Of a stretch of 64,000 nucleotides of DNA, positions 8,706 through 18,003 are shown piece after piece; the stretch's first letter is position 1; every line of letters starts with the position of its first letter. Source of the stretch: a virus. The stretch lies in the IMG/VR virus record IMGVR_UViG_3300046168_000026, positions 32,001 to 96,000 of that record; one strand, 5' to 3'. The notes below the pieces were generated by a model that was given only the letters and a program-made list of their open reading frames with translations, ran no database searches and was not told the origin of the DNA. The translations under genes and the position numbers were made by a program.

Positions 8706-8786
8706 AGTGATTCCATGTATTGATGAATTAATATTGATATCCCAACAACTGCCATTACTATTAAAGAAACTTTAATCCCAAAGAAA

Positions 8787-9035
8787 CTACTTTCGTATTG
8801 TTGTCGACTTCTTCCTTGCCTTAGCTCTATATCTTCTCTTGTCATTTCTATTTTTTCTTTTGTCGTGTTCTACAATTTCTTTATCCCAATTGTTATGTCT
8901 GTTATAATAACCTCTCAACTCAGGGTCATTTTCCATATCCCTTCTTTGAGAAGTATGCCCCCATCGTATTGCGTATAACAAACCAAACAAGTATAGTGAG
9001 AATATTACGAATCCTATTATAAACATTCCTACCAT
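8787..9035 (-). CDS. small membrane protein with basic tail
   Basis: N-terminal TM helix; coupled to upstream stop. Confidence 0.55.
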   Translation of the reverse strand: MVGMFIIGFVIFSLYLFGLLYAIRWGHTSQRRDMENDPELRGYYNRHNNWDKEIVEHDKRKNRNDKRRYRAKARKKSTTIRK

Positions 9036-9244
9036 TATCTTCTTCGTTTATAGTTATCGTTTCTTCTCTGTCTAATGGCTACTGATGCTGCTAGTATTGA
9101 TGGTACCCAGATACCAACAAATATCCCTTCTAACTTCAACCCACTAAACCATAGTGATACTGAATATAAGAATGATATGAATGCTAAAACTATTGGATAG
9201 TATACTTCCCAAAAGTCCATAATTAATTTTAATTTCTTTTTCAT
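9035..9244 (-). CDS. small membrane protein (GIFVGIWVPSIL motif)
   Basis: Two TM segments. Confidence 0.6.
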   Translation of the reverse strand: MKKKLKLIMDFWEVYYPIVLAFISFLYSVSLWFSGLKLEGIFVGIWVPSILAASVAIRQRRNDNYKRRR

Positions 9245-9250
9245 ATTCTT

Positions 9251-9655
9251 TTAATTTGAATTTAATGCGTAATCACTTACCTTTGTAAATAGCCATGCTT
9301 GACCTGCCCCACCTGCGGAGTCTGGCTTCATAACTACCATTTTCATTCCCTTTAGAAAGAACATCAATCTATATTCCTCATTTTCTTTTTGGACATATAG
9401 ATACTCTTCTTCTATTGTGAATCTTCCTGTTGCGGTTTCTTTACCATCTTCTGTATGTGATACTCTTACAAAAGTGTCAGCCGAATCCCCATAGTTCATA
9501 TACAGAATACTTGACCCATCCCACGATGACCAAGTTCCATAAATGTTTTCATTCGATGATTGGAAACCCATCTTAGGTTTCTCATTCTGTGCGTGTGTAT
9601 TAAGACAATATGTTAGTGTCAATAATACAATCATAAATGTGTAAATCTTTTTCAT
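9251..9655 (-). CDS. secreted hypothetical protein (lipocalin-like beta protein)
   Basis: Signal peptide ending THA-Q, IYGTW motif. Confidence 0.6.
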   Translation of the reverse strand: MKKIYTFMIVLLTLTYCLNTHAQNEKPKMGFQSSNENIYGTWSSWDGSSILYMNYGDSADTFVRVSHTEDGKETATGRFTIEEEYLYVQKENEEYRLMFFLKGMKMVVMKPDSAGGAGQAWLFTKVSDYALNSN

Positions 9656-9942
9656 TACATTAATGTTTTAATAAAGTGGATGGTCCATGCCATTAGTCCG
9701 TTCAGTTGTAATACAACTAAGTTCCATTGTTTCTTAACAAATACTTGAACTAATACACAAATAAATCCTATTATAAATAATACGGGTTCAACAGTCCATT
9801 GTCCTGCCATCAAGAATCCTGCTCCCATATAACCAACTCTTGATGACATCCTTTCGGATGCCGTAAGCTTTCTTTCTTTAACGAGAGTCTCTAAAAACTT
9901 TCGCCATGCTTTTATCCTTAAGGTTTTCTTTTTAGATTTCAT
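9655..9942 (-). CDS. membrane protein
   Basis: Three hydrophobic segments. Confidence 0.55.
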   Translation of the reverse strand: MKSKKKTLRIKAWRKFLETLVKERKLTASERMSSRVGYMGAGFLMAGQWTVEPVLFIIGFICVLVQVFVKKQWNLVVLQLNGLMAWTIHFIKTLM

Positions 9943-10519
9943 ATCCTAAATCTCTTCTAATATCTTTTTTAACAACTTGTAAATACTTCCATCGTTTCTT
10001 ATCATTCACAAATGGTACAGACCAAAATTGTTTTGTCTTACGCCATCTTGAAAATTTCCATCCAAACACAAATGAGAATACACCTAGCACCAATCTCAAC
10101 TTGACTGAGTTGAGATATAAGGTTCTAACAGGTAGACTTGGTGCTCCATGTGTGATGTAGGTTCTAACTTTCTTATCCTTTAGGAATGGCTTTGGATATG
10201 CATATAGTTTAGTAAAGTTAACAAACTTATATGCGAACCCTGGCGTCAATACTTCGTCAAAAAATATTTCCATTCTTGGAGTTAATCTAAACCACCATAC
10301 AGGTGATATAAAATAAATTCTATCAGACCATGTTATTAAGTCTTGATAACCCTTCATTAATTTAGTTCTTGGTGTACTATAATTGTCACGATATAAATCA
10401 ATGATTTTAAGTTGTTCTTTATCCTTATGCTTTTTCAGTTCTCGTTTAAGAGTTTTGAGAATACCATTGTAACAGAATGACTTCTTGTCAGGATGTCCTA
10501 TAACTATTAGATTCTTCAT
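9932..10519 (-). CDS. NAD(P)H-dependent flavodoxin-like oxidoreductase (Flavodoxin_2/KefF-like)
   Basis: IVIGHPDKKSF, IIDLY, SPVWWF, GFAY. Confidence 0.8.
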   Translation of the reverse strand: MKNLIVIGHPDKKSFCYNGILKTLKRELKKHKDKEQLKIIDLYRDNYSTPRTKLMKGYQDLITWSDRIYFISPVWWFRLTPRMEIFFDEVLTPGFAYKFVNFTKLYAYPKPFLKDKKVRTYITHGAPSLPVRTLYLNSVKLRLVLGVFSFVFGWKFSRWRKTKQFWSVPFVNDKKRWKYLQVVKKDIRRDLGYEI

Positions 10520-11403
10520 TAGTTGTTTAAAGGTGCTTTAATTCTTGGGTGTGACTGATAGTTGATTAATTCATAATCAAACTCCCCATTCATTATATCT
10601 ACATTAGATACCTTTAGTTGTGGTAAGTCATAACCAATTCTTGTTATTTGTTCTTTTGCTTGTTCAATATGATTATTGTATATGTGTACATCACCAAGCG
10701 AACCAATCAGTTGGCCAGGTTTGTATCCAGTTTCTTCACATAGTAATAGTAATAGTGTACCATACGATGCTATGTTGAAAGGTAACCCAAGGAAGACATC
10801 AACGCTTCGCTGATTCCATTTAAGTGATAACTTGTTTTCTGAGTCTACATAACATTGGAATCCATAATGACAGGGAGGTAGTTTCATTAAGGAAAGTTCT
10901 GAGACATTCCATGCGCTGACAAGGTGTCGTCTTCCATGTGGGTCTTCTTTCAATGATTTAATTAAGTTTTTAATTTGGTCATGACCATCCCAATTCTTCC
11001 ATTGTTTACCATAGATAAATCCAAGGTTACCCCATTGTTTTGAGAAGTCATCATCCTCTAATATTTTTTGTTCGAATTCTTTGACATCGTATTCAGGGTC
11101 TTCTAAGTCCCAATGATGTACTCGTTCATATACTTTGTATGCATCGCCAGTCCAGATGTGACAATTGTTTTGTAACAAGTATCTCAAATCAGTCCTACCT
11201 TTTAAGAACCATTTAAGTTCAGTCATCACAGATTTGACTGCCATCTTCTTGGTAGTTAACAAAGGAAACCCGTCACACATACAATGTCTGATTGTGTAAT
11301 CAAATAAAGATTTAGTTCCGTAGCCAGTTCTGTCGGGCTTATCGTAACCGATATCTAAAATTTCGTCTATTAGGTCTATGTATTGACTATCTATTCTATT
11401 CAT
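10519..11403 (-). CDS. thyA: thymidylate synthase
   Basis: DRTGYGT, FPLLTTKK, ELKWF, LPPCH, QRSVDVFLGLPFNIASY, GDVHIY. Confidence 0.97.
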   Translation of the reverse strand: MNRIDSQYIDLIDEILDIGYDKPDRTGYGTKSLFDYTIRHCMCDGFPLLTTKKMAVKSVMTELKWFLKGRTDLRYLLQNNCHIWTGDAYKVYERVHHWDLEDPEYDVKEFEQKILEDDDFSKQWGNLGFIYGKQWKNWDGHDQIKNLIKSLKEDPHGRRHLVSAWNVSELSLMKLPPCHYGFQCYVDSENKLSLKWNQRSVDVFLGLPFNIASYGTLLLLLCEETGYKPGQLIGSLGDVHIYNNHIEQAKEQITRIGYDLPQLKVSNVDIMNGEFDYELINYQSHPRIKAPLNN

Positions 11404-11418
11404 GATTCTATATTACAT

Positions 11419-11453
11419 TGTAATATACAAATTTATTTTGACTTATCCAAATT
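11419..11453 (-). promoter_or_regulatory. Bacteroidota-type promoter (short form) upstream of thyA
   Basis: TTTGG-N19-TATATTAC. Confidence 0.6.
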
Positions 11454-11731
11454 TATTTTTGGTTTTTTGACTTGAATCTTTTTGCTTCGGATGTTTTACT
11501 ATGTTTAGTCTTTCTACCCTTGACTCTTTTACGCCATCTTTCAAACGAACTTCTCTTCAGATTCTCTCTCATAATCTTACGGACATCATTCTCTTTGATT
11601 CCAAACTGATGTTCAATCGCCTCAAAGGGAGTCCTATCTTCCCATGCCATTTCTATGATTCTATCTATATCTAAAGTGTAACTCATAACCGATGATAGTC
11701 CCGAGTAGGAACAATTAAATTTTGATTCCAT
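11453..11731 (-). CDS. TIGR03643/DUF2805 family protein
   Basis: RIIEMAWEDRTPFEAI...WRKRVKGRKTKH. Confidence 0.85.
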   Translation of the reverse strand: MESKFNCSYSGLSSVMSYTLDIDRIIEMAWEDRTPFEAIEHQFGIKENDVRKIMRENLKRSSFERWRKRVKGRKTKHSKTSEAKRFKSKNQK

Positions 11732-11906
11732 GTTTCTTTTTATATTTTTCTAAGAATGATTCACCAACTCCGACATCTAATATCTTACTGCCGATTGGTA
11801 TCTTTGTACTACGAGGAGCCAGTAACTTATCGACATGAACATCGAATGACTCTACTCTAACCTTCCTACCTCGTGGTGGGATGTATGCTACTATTGTTGT
11901 ATTCAT
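11715..11906 (-). CDS. hypothetical protein
   Basis: ORF overlapping next start. Confidence 0.55.
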   Translation of the reverse strand: MNTTIVAYIPPRGRKVRVESFDVHVDKLLAPRSTKIPIGSKILDVGVGESFLEKYKKKHGIKI

Positions 11907-12033
11907 AATGAATTATTTTTATACATAAAGATATCATCTACTATATAGTTTATGTTTAGATGAGCTTGTTTAATGTCACCATTATCAATTAGCTCTTTAA
12001 CTTTTTTTAGTCGTTCTATTATTTCTTGTCCAC

Positions 12034-12339
12034 TCATCTTGCAGAAGGTATTGGGTTGTGTATAATTTTTAAATGTCTATTGTCTAAATGAATTATTTCA
12101 CCTAAGTGAAGTTCCCACTTGTCCGTAAGTTTTTTATCGATACACTCGACTACCATATGTGTGGGGTTCTTGTGATATGCGTACTGAAAGTATATGTACT
12201 TGATGTCTTTATCCTTCAGTCGTTTGGTCCAATAGGGTGTGTTGTCTCTGTACTCTATTGGTTTAGTCCCATTCATGATTCTTTCAAATGGGTCTCTCAT
12301 CAAAACTAAATGTAAAACTTCTTTATCTTTCCAAATCAT
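12034..12339 (-). CDS. ASCH/PUA-like domain protein
   Basis: LHL...FERIMNGTKPIEYR...YW..RL. Confidence 0.7.
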   Translation of the reverse strand: MIWKDKEVLHLVLMRDPFERIMNGTKPIEYRDNTPYWTKRLKDKDIKYIYFQYAYHKNPTHMVVECIDKKLTDKWELHLGEIIHLDNRHLKIIHNPIPSAR

Positions 12340-12500
12340 TTTAACCAGGTTAATAATATGTTAATTGAAATTAGTATGTTAGTAATCACCGCCTGTAATA
12401 TGATTAATGTTCTAAACCTTGCAATTCTATCTGCTTCTTTGTCATCCTCACCAATCTTCTCACCTAAAGCTTTCGCCCATAGTCGCCACAACTTCTTCAT
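12336..12500 (-). CDS. small conserved phage membrane protein (MKKLWRLWAKALGEK...)
   Basis: Manual translation, 54 aa, overlaps neighbours at both ends. Confidence 0.6.
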   Translation of the reverse strand: MKKLWRLWAKALGEKIGEDDKEADRIARFRTLIILQAVITNILISINILLTWLK

Positions 12501-12736
12501 TATTTCCAAGGTAACATTGTTAGTCCTACTTTATTTAGTAGGAACTCCATTATAATAACAAAGGTTAAACCACCTATTATTTGCCATGCCCAAAACTTCC
12601 AACCTGTCAATCCTTCTTGCCACTTACGGAATCGACTTTTCTTAGCCCACTCGTATACTCCTAACTTAGAATTGATTTTGTTTGCCCACCATCCGATATC
12701 AAATAGGTTACCAAACATGATTAGTAGTTTTCTCAT
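12500..12736 (-). CDS. Trp-rich membrane protein
   Basis: C-terminal TM helix. Confidence 0.55.
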   Translation of the reverse strand: MRKLLIMFGNLFDIGWWANKINSKLGVYEWAKKSRFRKWQEGLTGWKFWAWQIIGGLTFVIIMEFLLNKVGLTMLPWK

Positions 12737-12858
12737 TTCTTCTTTTTCTTTTTTGGAATTACATTTCCGTTCTCGTCAACCACAGGTGCGATTTTTATTT
12801 CATAAAAAATCCATAACCAAATAACACCTAATGTTATAAATACTACTTTTGCCATAAT

Positions 12859-13275
12859 CTAATCTTTGTATCTTTTTTTCTTTGGTTGGAATATAGGTAT
12901 CGTTACCGACATACTTACTCCACCAAGAGTTGTAGCGAATATATCTCTTTCATCGAAATCACCACCCCTTATATTATCAAGTAATTCTTTTGCAACTCCT
13001 GCAGCCAATGATGTACATAAGCCAGTTATCATCGCCCTCTTTTTATCTTGATGTTTATTGTAAGACCATGTGTAACCTAATGCTGATGTAACTACCCCTG
13101 CACTAAAGTGTAATTGTTTATCATTTTCTTTTAACAATACAAATGGATTGTATGTTGTTTGACCAAACATTGTGGTCTTAATAAATAATATAAGTGTAAT
13201 TATGAATAATGTTCTCAAGATGATTGCCCCTATTTGTTTGAGATTCACTACAACTTCTTTACTATATATATTCAC
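12859..13275 (-). CDS. YfiM/DUF2279-like membrane protein
   Basis: DKQLHF...GVAKE..D...FD.RD....LGG pattern. Confidence 0.65.
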   Translation of the reverse strand: MNIYSKEVVVNLKQIGAIILRTLFIITLILFIKTTMFGQTTYNPFVLLKENDKQLHFSAGVVTSALGYTWSYNKHQDKKRAMITGLCTSLAAGVAKELLDNIRGGDFDERDIFATTLGGVSMSVTIPIFQPKKKRYKD

Positions 13276-13393
13276 TTTTTGTTATTACTATTTGTTAATA
13301 TAATATTTTTTATATAAAACTCTACCCCCTGCGCGTAGTATCATTTCATCGCCTGTGACGACTTACGGGGTTCGAGTTAAAGTTTGTTTATTC

Positions 13394-13585
13394 TTATAGT
13401 TCGTTTATCTGTCCTTGGCCAGTCCTATCCACATTGAAACCAATAACAGGTTTGTATCCAGTCAACTTGTTTTGATGTTGTTGAATCAGTTGTTTAGTTA
13501 GTACTAACTTCTCAACATCCTTTTCCGTTTCTATCCAATCCATGAATAGTTTAGTTAACATATAATTTTTAATTGTTTTAATCAT
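13394..13585 (-). CDS. hypothetical protein
   Basis: ORF with A-rich leader. Confidence 0.55.
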   Translation of the reverse strand: MIKTIKNYMLTKLFMDWIETEKDVEKLVLTKQLIQQHQNKLTGYKPVIGFNVDRTGQGQINEL

Positions 13586-13688
13586 AATTTTTAATTTTTA
13601 TTTATAGTGTTCGTCTAATAACATCATAGCGACCTCTTCACTAATCATGTTTTCGTTATATAGTTTCCAAATTAATTTTGTCATAATA

Positions 13689-14087
13689 TTAAATAAATAA
13701 TTTGTAATCCTTTTCAGCTTTGGTAGCCGCTACCTCATATGGGTGAGACACATAGTCGTGACCCATATTGTAATATCTCTTAAACCAAATTGGTGATTGT
13801 AGATAATGTTGGTACTCGTGAATCAGAGTCTCGACTATCATCTTTCTACTTTTCATATTAGGATAGTAGATAGTAATCTCATTCATCATTGAACAATACT
13901 CAGCGTGACAACCATCCTCATCACCTTGAGCACCTTCTTCACCACTATACTTTTCGTATATGTTTTTGTGAAGTTCTACATAAGGAGTACATTCTTGAAA
14001 CTTGGAAAAGCCATAATGCTTTTCAATCTTAGGATAAATTTCCTCAATTATCTGTTTTACTTTTTTTTCTGTCATAGACTTAATCAT
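13689..14087 (-). CDS. zincin-like metallopeptidase domain protein
   Basis: TLIHEYQHYLQ plus downstream HPYEVAA. Confidence 0.75.
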   Translation of the reverse strand: MIKSMTEKKVKQIIEEIYPKIEKHYGFSKFQECTPYVELHKNIYEKYSGEEGAQGDEDGCHAEYCSMMNEITIYYPNMKSRKMIVETLIHEYQHYLQSPIWFKRYYNMGHDYVSHPYEVAATKAEKDYKLFI

Positions 14088-14091
14088 TATT

Positions 14092-14158
14092 ACAATATAA
14101 AAGTACGCAAAACATTTGACTTTTCCAAATTTTCAATGTTAAGAAATTGTTAAATTTT
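14092..14158 (-). promoter_or_regulatory. repeated extended promoter element, copy 4
   Basis: AAAATTTAACAATTTCTTAACATTGAAAATTTGG-N19-TACTTTTA. Confidence 0.75.
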
Positions 14159-15550
14159 ACCTACAATCTTTGGACCTGATAGAGCCATCTCTACATAACC
14201 AAACTCTGGATACCTAAGTAGGTGTTCCATCTCGTCATAGTAAACCTTGTCCAAGTGTTGTGGTCTCGTTAACCTCATCCATAACTTAGTCCAGTTCTTC
14301 TGATTCTTAATCGTGTTGTGATATACAACTACTTTGATTCGAGTCTGTACTGACTTCCCACTAGCGATTCTCTGAACTTGTTCACTAATGTACTTGTCCA
14401 TCCATCTATCAAGAGTCGGTGCACCTGATGCGCCATAGATAACAAACACATCATCGTTAGTTAGTCTTGCAACTTTCTTCAAGACTAAATCCTTGTGAGT
14501 GTCTTCGTAATCATAAACCATTTGATTACTATCTTCCAACTTCTTCTTGTCGAGGTTGTCTTGTACTTTGTCAAATACACCATCAACTTGTCCTGATGTT
14601 AATCCCATCAACATGAATCGTTGTCTCATACCAATAGTCTTCCACGAGTGTCCTGCCTTGTGGTGTTCCATACACTCATCAATAGCATCTTGTTTACTGA
14701 ATGACTTACCTACATTAAAGTCTGCGTTGAGGTTATTACCCAACATCTGAACTTCAGTCTCTTGCATCAGAGAGTGAATGTCCTCATCAAGTATGAGACA
14801 CTTTATCATAGTGTTCTCGGTGTGACCGATGTTCTCATCTCTCGTCTTCCAATATGCAGTCCTTGTGTGATTACCACTAATAAGGATTAACTCATAAAAC
14901 TGACCATTGATAGTGACATCCTTTAATAATACAGGCATATCGTAGTTACCGATTTTGTTTCTTAACCTATCAACAATCTTTGATAGATTGTCGTGGTCTA
15001 TCTCAAGTTTACGAACTTGCCACTTATCTGTGTGGTACAAATCCTTGACAGACATTTCAACAATGTGTGTCTCGTTAATGTATTCAAGTTCTGAATCTAA
15101 GATGAGGTTGGTGTGTTTACGAAAGTCATCGAGTTCCACCATCAAGGTGTTTACTAACTTCATGTTCAGTTCCTTCTTACCAGGATGACCATTGTGTTTG
15201 TTGTAGTACTTAGGATTGTTCTTAGCGTCAACCTTTGTCAACAACTCATACTCAACTTGTTTACACTCTTCTACCGAACCCCAATATAGGATATGGTATT
15301 CGAATAAACCAACTGCGTCACTTGCGAGAAGTTCTTTGAACACTTTGTTAGTAGATGATGTACCATAGAGTTTGTTACCTTCTTTGTGGTAACCAATGTA
15401 AATCATCTTGTCTTGTGTATTGACTATCATATACACATAAGAGTTACAACCATTTTTTGTACGAGGCCCTTCAGGTCGTAAGAAGATTTTGGGCCTTGTG
15501 GTATCGTCAAACATTAGTTCGAGATTCCATCCATTAGCTGTTCTAGCCAT
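14150..15550 (-). CDS. GIY-YIG (Seg-like) nuclease domain fused to ParB/Srx-like domain
   Basis: YVYMI...IYIGYH...YGTSS...E..LL...YYN; later QVR...LISGNHTR. Confidence 0.6.
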   Translation of the reverse strand: MARTANGWNLELMFDDTTRPKIFLRPEGPRTKNGCNSYVYMIVNTQDKMIYIGYHKEGNKLYGTSSTNKVFKELLASDAVGLFEYHILYWGSVEECKQVEYELLTKVDAKNNPKYYNKHNGHPGKKELNMKLVNTLMVELDDFRKHTNLILDSELEYINETHIVEMSVKDLYHTDKWQVRKLEIDHDNLSKIVDRLRNKIGNYDMPVLLKDVTINGQFYELILISGNHTRTAYWKTRDENIGHTENTMIKCLILDEDIHSLMQETEVQMLGNNLNADFNVGKSFSKQDAIDECMEHHKAGHSWKTIGMRQRFMLMGLTSGQVDGVFDKVQDNLDKKKLEDSNQMVYDYEDTHKDLVLKKVARLTNDDVFVIYGASGAPTLDRWMDKYISEQVQRIASGKSVQTRIKVVVYHNTIKNQKNWTKLWMRLTRPQHLDKVYYDEMEHLLRYPEFGYVEMALSGPKIVGKI

Positions 15551-15640
15551 AATTTAAGTTTTAAAATTTATAATTAACCGCCTGCCTTTCTGACAAACTT
15601 AGTACTAATATACAACAATAAAATTTAACTGGCAAGCTTT

Positions 15641-15979
15641 TTAGATAAAACTTTTAAATAAAGTTGAGGTGTGACCTTCTTCCCACCCTTTATCTTTATA
15701 AAACTGATGTGTAGTAGGAAGGCAATATGTAATTACTTTATATCCTTTTAGATTTTCTTGACACCATTCCCATCTTACATCCCATAACATTTTGTAAATA
15801 CCATTACCTCGGTACTTCTCTTCTACATATGCGTTTGCGAACTTGATGGTATTGTCAGATAAGAATAATAGAGAGTTCCAACCAATAGCTTGATTGTTAT
15901 ATAACGCAATCCATCCACACTCGTCCTTCGGAGTGGGTACAGACTCGGGCAACTTGTAGGGTACTATCGTTATATTCAT
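15641..15979 (-). CDS. GNAT family acetyltransferase
   Basis: YVEEKYRGNGIYK acetyl-CoA motif, FYKDKGW. Confidence 0.85.
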   Translation of the reverse strand: MNITIVPYKLPESVPTPKDECGWIALYNNQAIGWNSLLFLSDNTIKFANAYVEEKYRGNGIYKMLWDVRWEWCQENLKGYKVITYCLPTTHQFYKDKGWEEGHTSTLFKSFI

Positions 15980-16036
15980 TCTCGTTTCTCATAAAGAAAT
16001 AAATATATGGAAAAGTTATTAACAGGTTATTAACAA

Positions 16037-16903
16037 TTAGTTTCCACCTCGTTTACTTGAAGATACATTTGAACGCCCACCTGATGACCTTGAACTATTA
16101 TTTCTTATAACAGGAGTACTCGTGTTTATCCTTGTTGGATTTTGACGAGGTTTCCAATTGTTGTTCGATGGTGGATTAACTCTGATGTTGTTATTAGTAT
16201 GAGTTGGTTTTACATATCGAGTCCCATCTTGAGGAACTACATAATTGTTTACAGGAATGTTATTGTTCCTACTCCATCTGATAACATTATTGATTTCTCT
16301 ATTTGCATTTGAGTTAGGTCTTACTCTGTTAACTCTATTGGTATCTTGAATGTTTTGGATTCGAGAACCTCTATATCCGTTTATGTATGAGTAGTTATTA
16401 TTACTTGCAATCATAGGGTCGTTATAATGAGAGTATCCGTAGTGATTCCAACCAGAGTACCAACCTTGTGGATATGGATAATACCATTGGTAGTATCGGT
16501 GATGTCTAACATGAAACGGATGATACCATCCAAACCAAGGATAGTTGTACGCCCACTCGTTCCAGTATTGGTGTGAATTAAAATAAAAATCAAAAGATGT
16601 TTGAGGATACCATATACCATTATAACGAGGATGTCTATTATACCAATACATAGAGTAAGGTTGATTACTCATGTACTGAGCAAAGTCCCATCTAAAGTTA
16701 AAATCAGTTCTTAGTTTTCTTCTCAGTTGAAATAGATTAGATATAGTATCTATCTTTGTTGAATCAGGAACTACAATAGTATAATCGTTAGTTCTGTAAA
16801 TACCATCAATGTTACCAGCGGTGTTAAGAGTACTATATTGAAATTGTAATCCACAACCACTTAGTAACAAGACGATAAAAATAAGTTGAATAAGTTTTCT
16901 CAT
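16037..16903 (-). CDS. lipoprotein with Tyr/Trp-rich middle and Asn/Arg/Ser-rich tail
   Basis: LLLSGC lipobox; architecture common in Bacteroidota lipoproteins. Confidence 0.7.
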   Translation of the reverse strand: MRKLIQLIFIVLLLSGCGLQFQYSTLNTAGNIDGIYRTNDYTIVVPDSTKIDTISNLFQLRRKLRTDFNFRWDFAQYMSNQPYSMYWYNRHPRYNGIWYPQTSFDFYFNSHQYWNEWAYNYPWFGWYHPFHVRHHRYYQWYYPYPQGWYSGWNHYGYSHYNDPMIASNNNYSYINGYRGSRIQNIQDTNRVNRVRPNSNANREINNVIRWSRNNNIPVNNYVVPQDGTRYVKPTHTNNNIRVNPPSNNNWKPRQNPTRINTSTPVIRNNSSRSSGGRSNVSSSKRGGN

Positions 16904-16931
16904 ATAATGATAAATATGAGAATTTTATTAA

Positions 16932-17111
16932 TTACATCTTAAAGGTAAGAATGTTAGACTTTAAACTATAAGACTTAGCAGGTACACCGAATCGCCAGAA
17001 ACAATACTTTGTTGCCTCATCCACTTCGGACTTTGTTATGTTACCTACCTTCTTATACATTACCACCTTTTTAGACTTCGGTTTCCAAGTTACATTTACA
17101 CCTTTTAGCAT
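16932..17111 (-). CDS. hypothetical 59-aa protein (MLKGVNVTWKPK...)
   Basis: Manual translation; fills the gap downstream of the tRNAs. Confidence 0.5.
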   Translation of the reverse strand: MLKGVNVTWKPKSKKVVMYKKVGNITKSEVDEATKYCFWRFGVPAKSYSLKSNILTFKM

Positions 17112-17162
17112 ATTATTGATTTATTAATTGACATCTCATTATGGGGAGATGAATACCCTTAG

Positions 17163-17248
17163 TACCGATGGGCGGATTCGAACCGCCACGAACATTACTG
17201 CTCAAAGGATTTTAAGTCCTTCGTGTCTACCAGTTTCACCACATCGGC
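17163..17248 (-). tRNA. tRNA-Leu(TAA)
   Basis: GCCGATG acceptor, AAGGA-CTTAAAA-TCCTT, long variable arm, GTTCGAATC. Confidence 0.95.
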
Positions 17249-17256
17249 ATCTCGTG

Positions 17257-17330
17257 TGTTCCCAATAGGACTCGAACCTATGACCTAATCATTATGAGTG
17301 ATTTGCTCTAACCAACTGAGCTATGAGAAC
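17257..17330 (-). tRNA. tRNA with CAT anticodon (Ile2 or elongator Met)
   Basis: GTTCTCA/TGGGAAC, AATCA-CTCATAA-TGATT, GTTCGAGTC; lacks initiator features. Confidence 0.9.
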
Positions 17331-17341
17331 GACAACGATAG

Positions 17342-17415
17342 TGAACGAGACAGGATTCGAACCTGTGACCGTCTGCTTAGAAGGCAGATGCTCTATCCAA
17401 CTGAGCTACTCGTCC
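17342..17415 (-). tRNA. tRNA-Arg(TCT)
   Basis: GGACGAG acceptor, TCTGC-CTTCTAA-GCAGA, GTTCGAATC. Confidence 0.95.
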
Positions 17416-17431
17416 ATGATTTCAAAGAACA

Positions 17432-17467
17432 TTACTAATATACGGCAGGAATGTTAAAAATCCAAAT
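17432..17467 (-). promoter_or_regulatory. promoter for the tRNA cluster
   Basis: TTTGG-N19-TATATTAG. Confidence 0.6.
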
Positions 17468-17569
17468 GGGAGATGTTAAAATTTTCGTGGACATCAAAGA
17501 TACTAATACTACTACATAGGTATAGACTAATAATAATCCAGCTAACAATTATAAGGTATAGTATATAGA

Positions 17570-17797
17570 CTAATAAAACATTCTATTCCAAGTTAACCAA
17601 GAAGGTTCACTAACCAACTTAGTAGAAAGAACATTCGAAGGAGCAAGTACTACATTTCTCTGAACAACACATCTATTACCATCCTTACTCACACTAACCA
17701 ACTTATTGTCTCCACAATAGTCTTGACCGATAGCTGACCTTAACTCGCCAATCTTATCAAACCCATCAATAGGGTCACTTATACTTAAGTTTATCAT
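17570..17797 (-). CDS. hypothetical protein
   Basis: ORF with A-rich leader downstream of a strong promoter copy. Confidence 0.55.
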   Translation of the reverse strand: MINLSISDPIDGFDKIGELRSAIGQDYCGDNKLVSVSKDGNRCVVQRNVVLAPSNVLSTKLVSEPSWLTWNRMFY

Positions 17798-17936
17798 AAT
17801 TTTTAATTTTTACTTTTTTAAACACTCAATCGTATCGAGAAGCAATTCCCCCATTGAGCTTGGATATCCTTTTCATATCTCAGGGGAGCTTAATCCCTCA
17901 ACTACTTCGGACCTTCATTGAGCTCTCACTCAATTA

Positions 17937-18003
17937 CAATACTAAGATACGCAAACAATATTGAATTTCCAAACTTTTAATGTTAAATAATTGTTAAGTT
18001 TTC
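17937..18003 (-). promoter_or_regulatory. repeated extended promoter element, copy 5
   Basis: AAAACTTAACAATTATTTAACATTAAAAGTTTGG-N19-TATCTTAG. Confidence 0.7.

Noticed and set aside
10519-11403. Intron or intein in thyA (also checked the polymerase and clamp loader)
   Set aside because: Reading frames are continuous and of normal length; the extra thyA segment fits the known variable small domain.
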